NCBI GenBank assembly: GCA_002269645.1 | Contig: NIVC01000244.1 | Span: 488,468-552,467, forward strand | DNA length: 64,000 nt | Direction: 5' to 3' | Origin: Macrostomum lignano | Taxonomy: Eukaryota | In this document: one piece after another, positions 12,378 through 23,322 of the stretch | Layout: every line of letters starts with the position of its first letter | Position numbering within the stretch: the stretch's first letter is position 1 | The notes under the pieces: generated by a model | Database searches by the model: none | What the model was told of the DNA's origin: nothing | What the model saw: the letters and a program-made list of their open reading frames with translations, nothing else | Made by a program: the position numbers and the translations under genes

Positions 12378-14031
12378 ATGCAACGGACACAGCTGCTGCT
12401 GCTGCTGCTGCCGCTGGCCTCTCGCTGCCAGTCGCCTTCGTCCGCAGCGTCAGCTGTCCCGACGCCGGTTGGCAGCGTGTCCCATCGCGGCGCCAGCCTT
12501 CAGGTGTTCGAACTGTCAGGGCTTCGCTTCGTTGAGCCCTTCATGGCGGTGCGCACGGACGTCTGTCTGCCGAGCGTGTACTTTGACCACATCGCCGTGC
12601 AGTATTCGCTGCGGCTGCCGCTGACGCTGGAGACCGTCGGGCTGCCGGGCGCGGCTTCGTTCGCGCTCACCCGCCTTGAGCCGGTCCTTCGCGGTCCGTC
12701 ATAATCGCCCTCGGTGTCAGTTGACTGCAGCCTCGAACGGGCGGGCGAAGCGACGCTGGCATTTTGGTGCAACACATTCGACCGGTGCCAGCAGCTCCGC
12801 TGGGCGGCCGTGTCCTCGCCGCAGACGCTTGCCGCCGCCGTCAAATTCACGGCCGAGGGCGTGGCTGGTCAGGGCACAGCGGTGACGCTGACAGGCCGGC
12901 GACTGCAGACGCTGCCGCTGCCGGCGGCGCCGGGACCCTGCAGCTCCAGCGAATGGGTGGTGTTCCAGCAGCGGGTGGATGGCAGCCTGTCTTTCCAGCA
13001 GAACTGGCAGACCTACGAGCGCGGCTTCGGGCATCCGGACTCCAACTACTGGATGGGTGAGAAATTCGGGTCTGATCCAGCAAATGTGACGCTTAAGATC
13101 TTAATGAAGAACTTGGGTTTTCTTAAACGCGTCTGATTCTCGCACCGCGACCCCTCTGCATCGATTCTGTGAGCGGCCACATTCATTTGGGGCTTGTGTG
13201 CACGAAAATTGGCCGGGTTGTTGTTGTGCCATTCACACCAATGAGGGTCAACCCCCCAAGGCACAGAGAGTGGACATGCCTGACGATTAGAATGTCAGGG
13301 CCGCTGTGCATCCTGTGTGGGTATGCGTATGAGTGTGTGCCTGCGTACAGTATCGGGGCGCTTGAATGCGCTCAGGAGCCAGCGGAATGGGCAGAATTGA
13401 CTCGGTACTGGTCGGATGACGATGTCGCCGAACGAGGGCCCGCAAAACCCTCGTACGAATAATATTTTTTTATTTTCTGGAGCTTATTAAAGCAAAAAAA
13501 GGTGCTCCAGGGTTTCCCTAGATTTTGACTCTTTTATCCAGTAAGAATTGCACGCCAATCCAACCAGGACTCGAAAGACTCAGCGCCGCGACAATCGGAT
13601 CAGTAGGCAGAAACAACGGCAAGTGCGCTCTGCGCATTGAAGTTGTCGATGTATATGGAAATTCCTACTGGGCCGAGAGCAACTACTTTCAGGTGTATGG
13701 ACCATCGAATAACTACGTATTTAGAGTACCTACGACTTTACGAGGCGGGTCACTGTACAGCTACATATTTTACTACCACAACAACAAACGATTTTGGACA
13801 TACGACCGGGACATAACATCTTCGTCATACTGCTCTTCTACGTACAGCTTTGGCTGCTCAAAGTCCAATGGCCACGGTGGCTGGTGGCATTCCAACAACT
13901 TCCGGTTTAACTTGAACGCTCTGTACACCGAAAAGTACGTCAGTAGCAGTCAGGACGGATACAATCAGGTGGCGCTATCCTCCAGCACGCTGAGAGATGT
14001 TAGAACGACCAAGATGATGTACAAGTGCTAG
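12378..14031 (+). CDS. Secreted fibrinogen-related (FReD) protein, 2 exons (12378-13056, 13568-14031), interrupted by an in-frame TAA at 12702-12704
   Basis: Signal peptide MQRTQLLLLLLPLASRC. WVVFQQRVDGSLSFQQNWQTYERGFG..NYWMG|LERL joins across a GT-AG intron. GGWW..NLN C-terminus. ORFs 12378 and 12714 are in the same frame. Confidence 0.85.
13140..13470 (+). mobile_element. tRNA-SINE family B copy in the FReD intron
   Basis: CATTCATTTGGGGCT, CCCCCAAGGC, CAGGGCCGCTGT, GTGTGCCTGCGTAC and GCGGAATGGGC blocks. Confidence 0.75.
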
Positions 14032-15696
14032 AAGGATCATCGAAGGTGATTCAGCTATAAAAGACTAAAGTTAATTCATATCGATTTTTTTAGTGTTTCG
14101 TAATACGATTAAAAAGAATGTTATCCAGACTAACGCCCATTGGCTCACCACACTACGGATAGCCAAAGCAGAAGGTCTCTGCACTAGTGAATCATGCATA
14201 TTTGCTGTAGGCCAGATCTGAGCAGCAAAATATATTTTCAGTTCTTAAGAGATAGGAATCTTTATCCTTTTAGCACTAAATTCCTAGTATCTTCGGAGAC
14301 TGGAGACCCAGACGAAGTTCCAACTGTTCCTGTCTCTTTAATGTATTTTTTTACAGACAGAATTTGCTAGCTCCGATTTTTTCGTCTGAATTTGTCTATG
14401 GCGAAACCCCATTCAGCCTACGAGTATGCAAGTGAGCGATTGTAGAAGTCCTTATGCTTTAGATGTCCATGATCAACAATGTGAAAAACGAGCATATAAT
14501 TAATCAGCTAGATTTTCGTGCCTATTCGATTTAAGAAACTATTGATATTATGTATAATATCTATCGAAGAAACGGCAAGCTTTATTTATTATCAAATGTA
14601 TGTATTTTCACAGCATTCAAGGTACTTTCAGTTTTTTTATTGTTTTAATTTGAAAGCTTCAAATAAAACCCAAAAGTTGCAACGTCACTACTTTTTTTCA
14701 AAAAAAACTGAGAGGCAAATTGATTCCCGGATTGCTTTATTTATTATTCATTAAAAATAGTTACTTTATGTCTCGAATACATTAATTGTCTTTACCGATT
14801 TAGGCCGCATTCAGGCCTCGTATATTATTTTGCTTTAAAGGTAGATTAGTGATAATTTGTTTTACTGCGTGTTAAATTCGCCGAAATCCGTTATATTTAA
14901 ACTATTGAATTGGCTTTGGAGGAGGGCTATGGTGAAAGTCGCTTGATACCTTAACCCCGGTTCACATTATCCCTAATAGCTTCGCTAAAATCTGAATACC
15001 GCACCAACAAGCCCGTGGATATCTAAGTATTGAATATTGGAATTGTTATGGAAGTTGTTTTAGCGAGTCATACCACAGGCCAGCCAGTGTTCAAGACAAC
15101 CCAAACCAAGCTGTATTTTCCTCATCGAATTCTGCAGCCTATTGGCTACATACAGCGCCAAACAAGTATCCGTGTCCAAACGGAATCAGTGTGACCCAAT
15201 CAACTTCTTGCCCTGCGCTTTGTTGCGGCTTCAGTATCAGACTGTCCACGCCAGATGAGCTTGCTGTTGATCTTCGACGGCTGGCGGGCCGACCCACCCG
15301 GCTGGCGCCGGCGCAGAATGTTTACGTCCTCGGGCTTTTCGACATGATGAGCTTGGCTCTTTTGTCTACATCATGAGTTCTTGCAACCTGTAGAGTATCT
15401 GCGAGGCTGATTTTCGGTACGCTTACGACGTAAAAGTCGCTCCAGAGAGAGTCGTTGCGAAGTCTGAGAGAGTGTGAGACTATGATTCGGTTTCAGATCA
15501 GTGTCTTTAAACTGGCACGTTTTTGATACGCTTCACAGTTCGCTGTACCACCATTCTCCTGAAGTCCTGAAGGCGTACCTGAAGGAAGGTACGAGTATAT
15601 CTGATGAACGTTTGTGAGGCCTTTAAACTGTTTTCTGAGAGTCTCGATACTTTTTGCAATGTTTTCGCTCGTTTCACTGTTTGCGATCTTCTTGTA

Positions 15697-16947
15697 TTGG
15701 GCTGTTAGGAAAGTTCTGTCCGTTTTGACTAAAATATGTTGGAGCGAGTTTTTATAGGAATGCAGCAGTGTTACTCAGTAAAATAATTGCCATCGCAATC
15801 GATGACCCTCTGCCAACGAGAGGGCAGACTTTGGATGCCAGCTCTGTAGAAATCCTTGGGCTGTGATTCAAAAAAGTTAGTAATGCAGTCCTTGACCCCT
15901 TTGTCATCTTCAAACGTTTTCTCTTTCAGATGATGGTGCAGCGCTCGAAAAAGATGGTAGTCTGTAGGGGCCAGATCGGGGCTGTACGGCGGGTGGGGCA
16001 GCACTTCCCAGCCCAGATCCAGCAGCTTTTGTCGGGTCAAATTGGCGGTGTGCGGCCGAGCGTTGTCATGAAGGAAGCGAACATGCTGACGCCCTGGACG
16101 CTGTGTGCGGAGGCAGTCGGCCACATTCTGCAGCTGGTTACAGTAGAGCTCGGCGGTGATGCTGGTGTTGGGCGGCAGCAGCTCGAAGTATACAACTCCT
16201 TCACTGTCCCACCAACAGCAGAGCATCACCTTCTTAGGGTGCAGTGGGGCCTTTGGCTCTGGCTGTGGCGGCTTGCCGGCATCGACCCACTGGCGCTTGC
16301 GGTGTATATTAACGTACATCACCCACTTCTCATCGCCAGTGAGTATTGAGGCCAGCCAGTCTGTTGTTCTCTTGTAGGAGAGCAGTGAGGTGCAAATGTC
16401 TGCTCGGCTTTGACGGTCCCTGTCAGTCAGGTCATGGGGGGTCCACTGTCCAAGCTTGCTTTTCTTGCCCATGGCAGCCAGGTGTTCAGCGACTTGCACA
16501 TGGGAGCACCCGAGAGTGGCTGCCAGCTCTCGTGTAGTCTGGTGCGGATTGGCCTCCACAAGTGTCCGCAGCAGCTCAGTGTCTATCTCAGATGGGCGTC
16601 CAGCGCGAGGTTCGTCAGCAAGGCTGTAGTCGCCGCTGCAAAAGCGATCAAACCAACGACGGGCTGTGCGGTCAGAGACAGCATCCTGGCCAAATGCATT
16701 GCACAGTCGTCGAGTCGATTCGGCTGCTGTAATACCTGCTAGAAAATCATATAGCATGCACTGCCTTAGAGCGATGCTGTTTAATTCAAAATTTCTGGCC
16801 ATAATTGGGCGCTGAAAAGCAAATGACTTGGTTAGAATGACCACAACTCTGGCTGTATATGCATACACAAGTATTGGATCCAACACAGCTTCATGATCCT
16901 CTGCATAGAAAAATAAAAAAACGGACAGAACTTTCCTAACAACCCAA
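15697..16947 (-). mobile_element. Complete mariner DNA transposon (1251 bp)
   Basis: TIRs TTGGG(C/T)TGTTAGGAAAGTTCTGTCCGTTTT with one mismatch. TA duplication at 15695-96 and 16948-49. Confidence 0.97.
15771..16802 (-). CDS. Mariner DD34D transposase, 343 aa, intact
   Basis: HTH region, WTPHDL, TGDEKW, HDNARPH and YSPDLAPTDYHLF motifs. Real ATG at 16802; the track ORF extends into the TIR. Confidence 0.97.
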   Translation of the reverse strand: MARNFELNSIALRQCMLYDFLAGITAAESTRRLCNAFGQDAVSDRTARRWFDRFCSGDYSLADEPRAGRPSEIDTELLRTLVEANPHQTTRELAATLGCSHVQVAEHLAAMGKKSKLGQWTPHDLTDRDRQSRADICTSLLSYKRTTDWLASILTGDEKWVMYVNIHRKRQWVDAGKPPQPEPKAPLHPKKVMLCCWWDSEGVVYFELLPPNTSITAELYCNQLQNVADCLRTQRPGRQHVRFLHDNARPHTANLTRQKLLDLGWEVLPHPPYSPDLAPTDYHLFRALHHHLKEKTFEDDKGVKDCITNFFESQPKDFYRAGIQSLPSRWQRVIDCDGNYFTE

Positions 16948-17006
16948 TACAAGGTCGCTGATTTCCTTTCCGGCTGTGTAAAGCTAAATTTAGCGCTTTT
17001 GGGCCT

Positions 17007-20000
17007 TGACTTACTTGACTTAGCTGCAGGGGGCGTCCGGCGGATGCAGCGAGGAGGCGGAGGAGACCGCCCATTCCGCTAGCCCCTGGCGACCAACGAC
17101 TTCCGTTGAAGTGGTGTCGCTCAGGGGGACCCGTCGGTCTCGCCTGCAGCGCGGTCCTCCTCACCGACGGTGGGGAAGAAATCAGCTCGTCCGGTGTCCC
17201 TGAGGTACCGGGCGAGCAGCGGGATGCTCTCGGGCCTGCAAACGTCGGAGAGAACCGGGTTTGGCCCGAGGTGAGTAAGCCTGGCCCTGGTGAAAACCGG
17301 GCAGTGACAGATAAAATGCTCGGCGTTTTCACTGCCTGAGCGGCAGAAGGGGCACCGCTCCTCGGTACTTGGCCCTGAAGGAAGCGGTGGCGAGAGAAGC
17401 AGCCATGCCCGGAGAGGGCCATGCTAACTGCTCTGAGGTCTCTGCGGTTGAGCCTGAGGAGGGCTCTACGCAGGAGAGGAGAGGGACAGGGGACGGCAGC
17501 ACGGGATTGCCTACAATTCCGGGTGTCGTGCCACCTGCGGAGATGCTCGGAGTCAGCCCAGCGCTTAACGCGGGAATTGATCACCGAGGCGGGGATGGGG
17601 GCACCCGGGCCCGGCCCCAATAGCGCGCCGGCGGAGCCAGCCTTGGCCAGCAGGTCAGCGCGCTCGTTGCCGAGGAAGCCGGCGTGGCCCGGGATCCATC
17701 TGAGCTCCACCTGGTTGCCTAGCGCAAGCCCGTTGAGCTGGGTGTTGCAGTCCAGGACGGACCTGGAGCTGGCGGTGCTGCGGCAGAGGGCCCGAAGGGC
17801 TGCTTGGCTGTCAGAGTGAAAAATAAATTTCCGGCCGCTAAGCTGCCTTCGGCGCAGCTCTGCCGCGCAGGAGCTGATGGCAAGCACCTCGCTCTGAAAA
17901 ACACTGGAGTTGAGCCCAGTGTGCTGGGAGTAGTTCCACACCACTTCTCCCTTGAAGAAGACGCAAGCTCCGAAGCCTGAAAGACCATGCCTCATAGAGC
18001 CGTCAGTGTAACAGTGGACTTCAGAGTCGCTCCAGCTGTCACTCGCCTCGTGTCGAGGCTGAATGGTGACCTTATACCTTTGGCTCAGGAGAAGGGTGGC
18101 TGGGATCGAGTCCGTGAGGATGTTGAGCCCGCCACACTCCTCGAGAGCCTTGAGGCAGAGGTCAGAGTGCGGGATAAGCGACCGCTTCTTAAAGGCCCGC
18201 ACTTTCTTGAAGGCCACCCCAGCATCCAGAAGACGCCGGGTGCTCTTCGCCGCCTCTCCTTTGATATAAATATCCAAAGGAGGGGCACAGAGGAAGGCAT
18301 TCATGCCTTCAAAAGGAGTAGAGGGTGGAGCGCCCATAGTCATGCGGCAGGCTCTGCCCTGGATTTTGTAGAGAGCGTCGAGGTTGCTCTTGACGCTCAG
18401 GCCGCTAGCCCACACGAGGCTGGCGTAACTGATCGAGGGGCGGATGATGGCAGTGTAAATCCACCACAGCTTCCTGGGGGTGAGCCCCCAGGTGGTGCCC
18501 ACGGCGCGCCTGATCTGAGCCAGTACAGCCAGGGCTTTTTTGGCTTTAGTTTGAATGTGCGGAGTCCAGTTAAGCCTGTGGTCCAGAGTGAGGCCCAGGC
18601 AGCGGACCTGCTTCTCCATGGAAATATTCTTTCCATAGAGGGTGAGGGGCTTAATGGTCCAGAGCAGTTTGTTGGTAAACATGACTGCTGTGGTTTTCGA
18701 CTCTGAGAGTCTAAGGCCACATTGGTCTGCCCAACGCTCCGCTCGTCCCAGAAAGCCCTGCAGAAGGTCTCTGATGGTATCAACCGAGGGGCCCGCGCAT
18801 ATCGCGGTCACATCATCGGCATAGCCCACCTTGAGAATGGGGTCGTGGAGATCACTGCAAAGCAACTCATCCATGACCATGTTCCAGAGAACGGGGGTGA
18901 GAACGCCGCCCTGGGGGCCCCCTTTCAGGACAGGCACCGAAAGAGAGCTGCCGCTCAGGTGGGCCACAACAGTGCGGTTTCGGATCATGAACATGATCCA
19001 CCGGACAAGGTGAGGGTGCGTGGCCCTGGATTCCAGGGCTCTGCAAAAGGCCTCGAAGATGACGTTGTCGAAGGCCCCCTCAATGTCCAGGAAAAGCGAG
19101 AGGGCAAAGCCGCTGCCAAGAACGGCCCTCTCCAGGAAGTCAACAATGACATGGAGAGCACTCTCGGTTGACCTGCCCGCGCGGAAGGCGTGCTGGTTCT
19201 GCGAGAGTGGGAAGCGCTTCAGCTCGACCGAAAGTAGGCGCCAAAGCACCAGTCTCTCGAGGAGCTTGAGGCAGAAAGAAGTGAGGCTGATAGGCCTGAA
19301 GGCCTTCACCGATTGGTAGTCGCTCTTTCCAGGCTTGGGGATAAAGACCACCCGGGCCTCTCTCCATGCAACTGGTACATAGCCCAGCTCCACACAAGCT
19401 CGAAGGAGACGACAGAGCAGGTCCAGGAAGCGGTGGTTTTTCACCGCCTCGTGCAAGAACGCTGGGTAGATGCCGTCGGGCCCAGGCGCCTTGAACGGGT
19501 TAAAGGACCTTGCCGCTCTAATAATGCGGTCTTTGGTGATCATAGACTTTGCTAGGCCTTGCCCTCCCACTGTGTGGTCGGGCGGGCCCTGCTGAGTCGG
19601 AGATTTAGGGAAAAAACTGTTGAGCATGAGCTCTAGAGTCTCTTCCGAACTCTCTGTGACCGAGCCGTCAGGTCTCTTCACAACAGAGAGTTTAGAAAAA
19701 CGGTCATTAGTGAGTGCCTTAACCACGTGGGCTACGGGCGAGAGCCCTCAAGCCCTTCGCAATATTGGCGCCACTTGGCCGTCTTGGCCCTTCTGACTTG
19801 GCCCTTAAACTCGTGGATCGCACGGGTATAGGCCTCTCTGTCAGATGGGTCTTTGGTTTTGAGCGCTCGCCTTTGGAGGGTCCTGGCTCGGCGCCGAAGG
19901 GCCCCGAGCTCTGGGTTCCACCAGGGAGCAGATTTCTTGCCTTTATAGGCCTTTAGGGGGCAGGCTGCTTCAAAGGCAGTGGTGATCGCCCCGCCCAGGG

Positions 20001-21723
20001 AGGAGGCGAGATCGTCCACCACCTGGCAGTCAGAGAGGTCACTGGGGGGTCAAGATCCCGAAGGCCGCGGCTCAGCTTCGAGCCAAAGGCGGCCCAATCG
20101 GTGTTCCTGACGTTCCGACTCCAAGTGACCTTAGGCTTTTGCTTGGTCGGCCCAATGCAAAAGCGGATAAAGCGGTGGTCCGAGAGCGAGTCCTCGTCCC
20201 ACACTCGCCAGCCCGTAACTGCGGAAAGCAGTCCGGGTGAGGCGATGGTGGTGTCGATGACTTCGGCCCACCGCCCATTATTGAACGTTGGTGCATTGCC
20301 CACGTTACAGAAGTTGAGGTTAGTGCTGCTGACATAGGCCAGCAGCTCCTCGCCTCTGCTATTGATGTTCTTGCTGCCCCAATGCAGGTGGTGTGCGTTC
20401 ACATCCCCTGCAATGAGCAGCTCGAACCGATGGGACGCAGCATAGTCAGTAAGGTTGACTAACGCGTCGCAGACAACTGGGGCATCGCCCGGGAAATAGG
20501 CAGAAGCTACCAGCACAGGTTTATTGGGAATGAGGTTATTGATTTGAACAACACAGATGTCCCCAGTCGAGAGATCAGGTCTCATCCATGCCTCAAAAGC
20601 TTTTGCAGCAAAGACCAAAGATCTTGGGCGAGGCTGAGAGCCCACCATGCAAAAACAGTGGTAGCCAGATGGCACATTATTTGGCTTACCTTTAGTCATC
20701 CAGGGCTCCTGTACGAAGACCAGGCCCGGAAGCTGTTGCTCTGCCGTGCGCATCAGGTTGACCGACGCCGCCACGCAGTGCTGGGTGTTGATCTGCAGAC
20801 ACCAGGTAGTCGCTGGCATCATTGCAGATCGGATGTTGCAGCCGCCAGGAGTTCCTCCTCCTCCTCGGCGCTCACCGGCTTCGGGTCGGGGTCGCCGGTG
20901 TCCATGGGCTCTTCTTCAGCAAAAGGCCCCCGATTGGCCGGAAGGCAGTAGGCAGCGTTCGCCGCCCTTTGCCCACCATCCATGGGGTCCTCCGCCTCAG
21001 ATTGGCCCAATGCCCTGGAGCAGCCAGCCGCCTGGGCAGGCGGGTCCGTCTCCAGTCGGCCCTGCCCCGAGGGGTTGGGCCCAGCTGGGACGTCCCCACC
21101 CTCCCTGGACGAACTGGTGCGCCTAGGCGTCCCGGCGACCTCTCGCCTCAGCTGGGAGATTTTGGCGGTACGGACTGCCTCAGCTGCACGCTGGTACAGG
21201 CCGCGCCGCTTGGTGCTGCGCGCCGGGCGTCGGTCGCCTCCGCCCTCAGCAGCGCGCTGAGCTTTGCCCGCGCGGCCGTGCTGCCGGGCAGGGCGGTTTG
21301 CTTTGGCAGTCTGAGCAGAGGCTTGCGCCTCGGCCCCGGCCGCCTCCGCATCCCGCCCGCCCTGCTCACTGCCACGGGGAGGGTCGGCCTCGTAGGAGCG
21401 GATGCGCAGCTTCCAAAGGCCGACGTTGATGAAGCTGCCGTGTGGATAACGCCTCATCCAGGCGTCCGACAGCCCCAGGATGGCTGTGAAGCCAGTGCCG
21501 TCGGTGCGCTTAAGGGTGTCATGCACCACTAGGCCCGCGGCGGGAAGCTCCCGGTTGACTGCTAGCAGTCCTTTCCGGAGCTCGTCAGCAGAGGTAACAA
21601 CGCTCCTGGCCGGGACCCAGATTCGATGCCTCTTGGTCCGGGGGCGCTCGTCCTCTCTGCAGAAGGCTAGGTTGAGGTCCCAGCTCTGCTCGGGCAGCAG
21701 CTCAAGGAGCCGCCGACCCGAGT
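17007..21723 (-). mobile_element. 5'-truncated non-LTR retrotransposon, LOA/I-group-like (ORF1, APE, RT, RNase H)
   Basis: 13-bp TSD CGCTTTTGGGCCT at 16994-17006 and 21724-21736. Short tandem 3' tail (TAAGTCAAG). Domains as listed in the next two features. Confidence 0.93.
17200..20822 (-). CDS. LINE ORF2 (APE endonuclease, reverse transcriptase, RNase H, C-terminal Cys/His motif) with about 3 frameshifts
   Basis: APE: INTQHC, VQEPW, GDVNAHH..WGS, SDHR. RT: KAPGPDG, RPISLTS, FLDIEGAFD, PQGGVL, YADD. RNase H: YTDGS, SDSQAAL, WIPGHAG..GNERAD. Frame shifts near 20030, 19730 and 17360; the 3' boundary is approximate. Confidence 0.93.
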
Positions 21724-21739
21724 CGCTTTTGGGCCTCAT
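20819..21739 (-). CDS. LINE ORF1 C-terminal part (DUF4780-like), whose ATG lies in flanking target DNA
   Basis: RIWVP...NRELP...G...LGL..FINVGLWKLRIR pattern. Overlaps the ORF2 start (ATGA). The first codons lie in and beyond the TSD. Confidence 0.7.
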   Translation of the reverse strand: MRPKSDSGRRLLELLPEQSWDLNLAFCREDERPRTKRHRIWVPARSVVTSADELRKGLLAVNRELPAAGLVVHDTLKRTDGTGFTAILGLSDAWMRRYPHGSFINVGLWKLRIRSYEADPPRGSEQGGRDAEAAGAEAQASAQTAKANRPARQHGRAGKAQRAAEGGGDRRPARSTKRRGLYQRAAEAVRTAKISQLRREVAGTPRRTSSSREGGDVPAGPNPSGQGRLETDPPAQAAGCSRALGQSEAEDPMDGGQRAANAAYCLPANRGPFAEEEPMDTGDPDPKPVSAEEEEELLAAATSDLQ

Positions 21740-23322
21740 TGGTGATGCTGCTGGCCGCCTGGTAGAGTCGTAGGTTGTCAGCCGTTTTCTCTAACTCTGA
21801 ATGTTCCTGGAGGAGGCAGTTGCAAGGCCATGGCTCGCTCTTGCAAGATTGAACCAATCGAGTGAAGTTTCCTTAGTTTTAATCAAGGTTGGCGATCGTT
21901 CGCAGTACGAATTTAAATAAGTAATTATGCGATAAAAACAACTAATAGATTCTGTACTGCTCGATTAACCAATAATAATCTTTATGCGATTATAATAAAT
22001 ATGGATAAGACATTGTTACAACAAGAACAAAACACAAGCACGAAACAAGTAGATGAAATTCCTTCCTTCTTCTTCAAGCCTTTCACGAAGTCTTCAGTAC
22101 CATTCAGCACTGACAACGAAGGCATCCATGATTTAATAACTGAAGTTATTTGGATTCTGACAGATTTGCCTATTATTGCAGACTGATACTTTGGCAGCGA
22201 TGCTTTGTGCAAGTGCTCCTTCTCTTCCGACTGACTTACAGCCACGTCGTTCATTTTGTCAGTTACAACTTCACCCGCCTTCATTGCCCATGGCTGCAAT
22301 TCACCTGCAATTCAAAAATATGTTATTAGTTTATCAAATGTTCACAAACTTTGCTTCACAAATTAGTCGTTAAAACACACAGAAGTTTCTTTGTAAACAA
22401 CTCACCCGAACCCAATAGTGAGTAGACAACTACGCCGCCGGGCAGAACTGATCCAGTCAGGATTAACGGTTTCTGCCAGTTCCATAAGGTCTGCAAGATT
22501 TTCAAAAAGCAACATCAACATGGGCGGAAATTTATACATTTTGAAAGGTTGCTCTTTTTATATAGAAAAGAAACGTCAATTCAAAATAATCATTTCGAGC
22601 TTTTGAGACGAATAACGAGCTTTATAAGCATGTTATGTCAAACCTGCGGTTGTGTCATCGCGCCAATGACGATGGACGACAGTATGCCGCCCAGGGTGCC
22701 AAAGCTAGCAGAGATGCCAACCAGCAGCGACGCGAATTGCGGCGCCAAGTCCAGATGGTTCACCTGCCAGCCGGCCACTGTGACGCCGGACGCTCCGACT
22801 CCGAGATTCAACAGCAGGACGGCGGCTGTGCCCGATTGGACTCCGGAAAGAGCGTAGCAACAGGCCGCTTCCAAGCCGAAGCCTGAGATATTGTAGAATA
22901 TTGCATTAGCGGCTGCTGTGTGGGGTCTTAGCATTGTCAGCTGATTTTCCATGCAGGAATGGATATAGGATTCAATACTTGGTTTTGAGTAGTATTGTAA
23001 CACGATATTTATTTCTCGTGCATTAAATGACTCCAGCCAATACGCGATCACGAGCCATTTAAGCACGTTTTTAGCGTTTAATGCACGATTTTACACATTT
23101 ATATCGTGTTACAATGCACAGAATCGTGCAGGAATGCATTTCTGCGCCTAATGCTTTTTTAGTGAGATTGTACCATAGACATTCCTGCACGATGAATCAT
23201 CCGACAATGGGGTTGCTTCACGTTCACTCCTGCGTGAAGGACATAGTGCACTCGTGCAGATGTCATTTCCGCACTCGTGACCGTGCAGGAATCATTTAAT
23301 GATTTTACTGCATCATTGGCAT

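Noticed and set aside
16803-16952. 50-aa N-terminal extension of the transposase and 3' extension of the 964-aa RT ORF
   Set aside because: ORF-caller read-through into the TIR and into frameshifted sequence.
17106-21773. Plus-strand ORFs over the LINE, and similar antisense ORFs over the mariner, gypsy, KChIP and IPO13
   Set aside because: Antisense shadows of GC-rich coding sequence.
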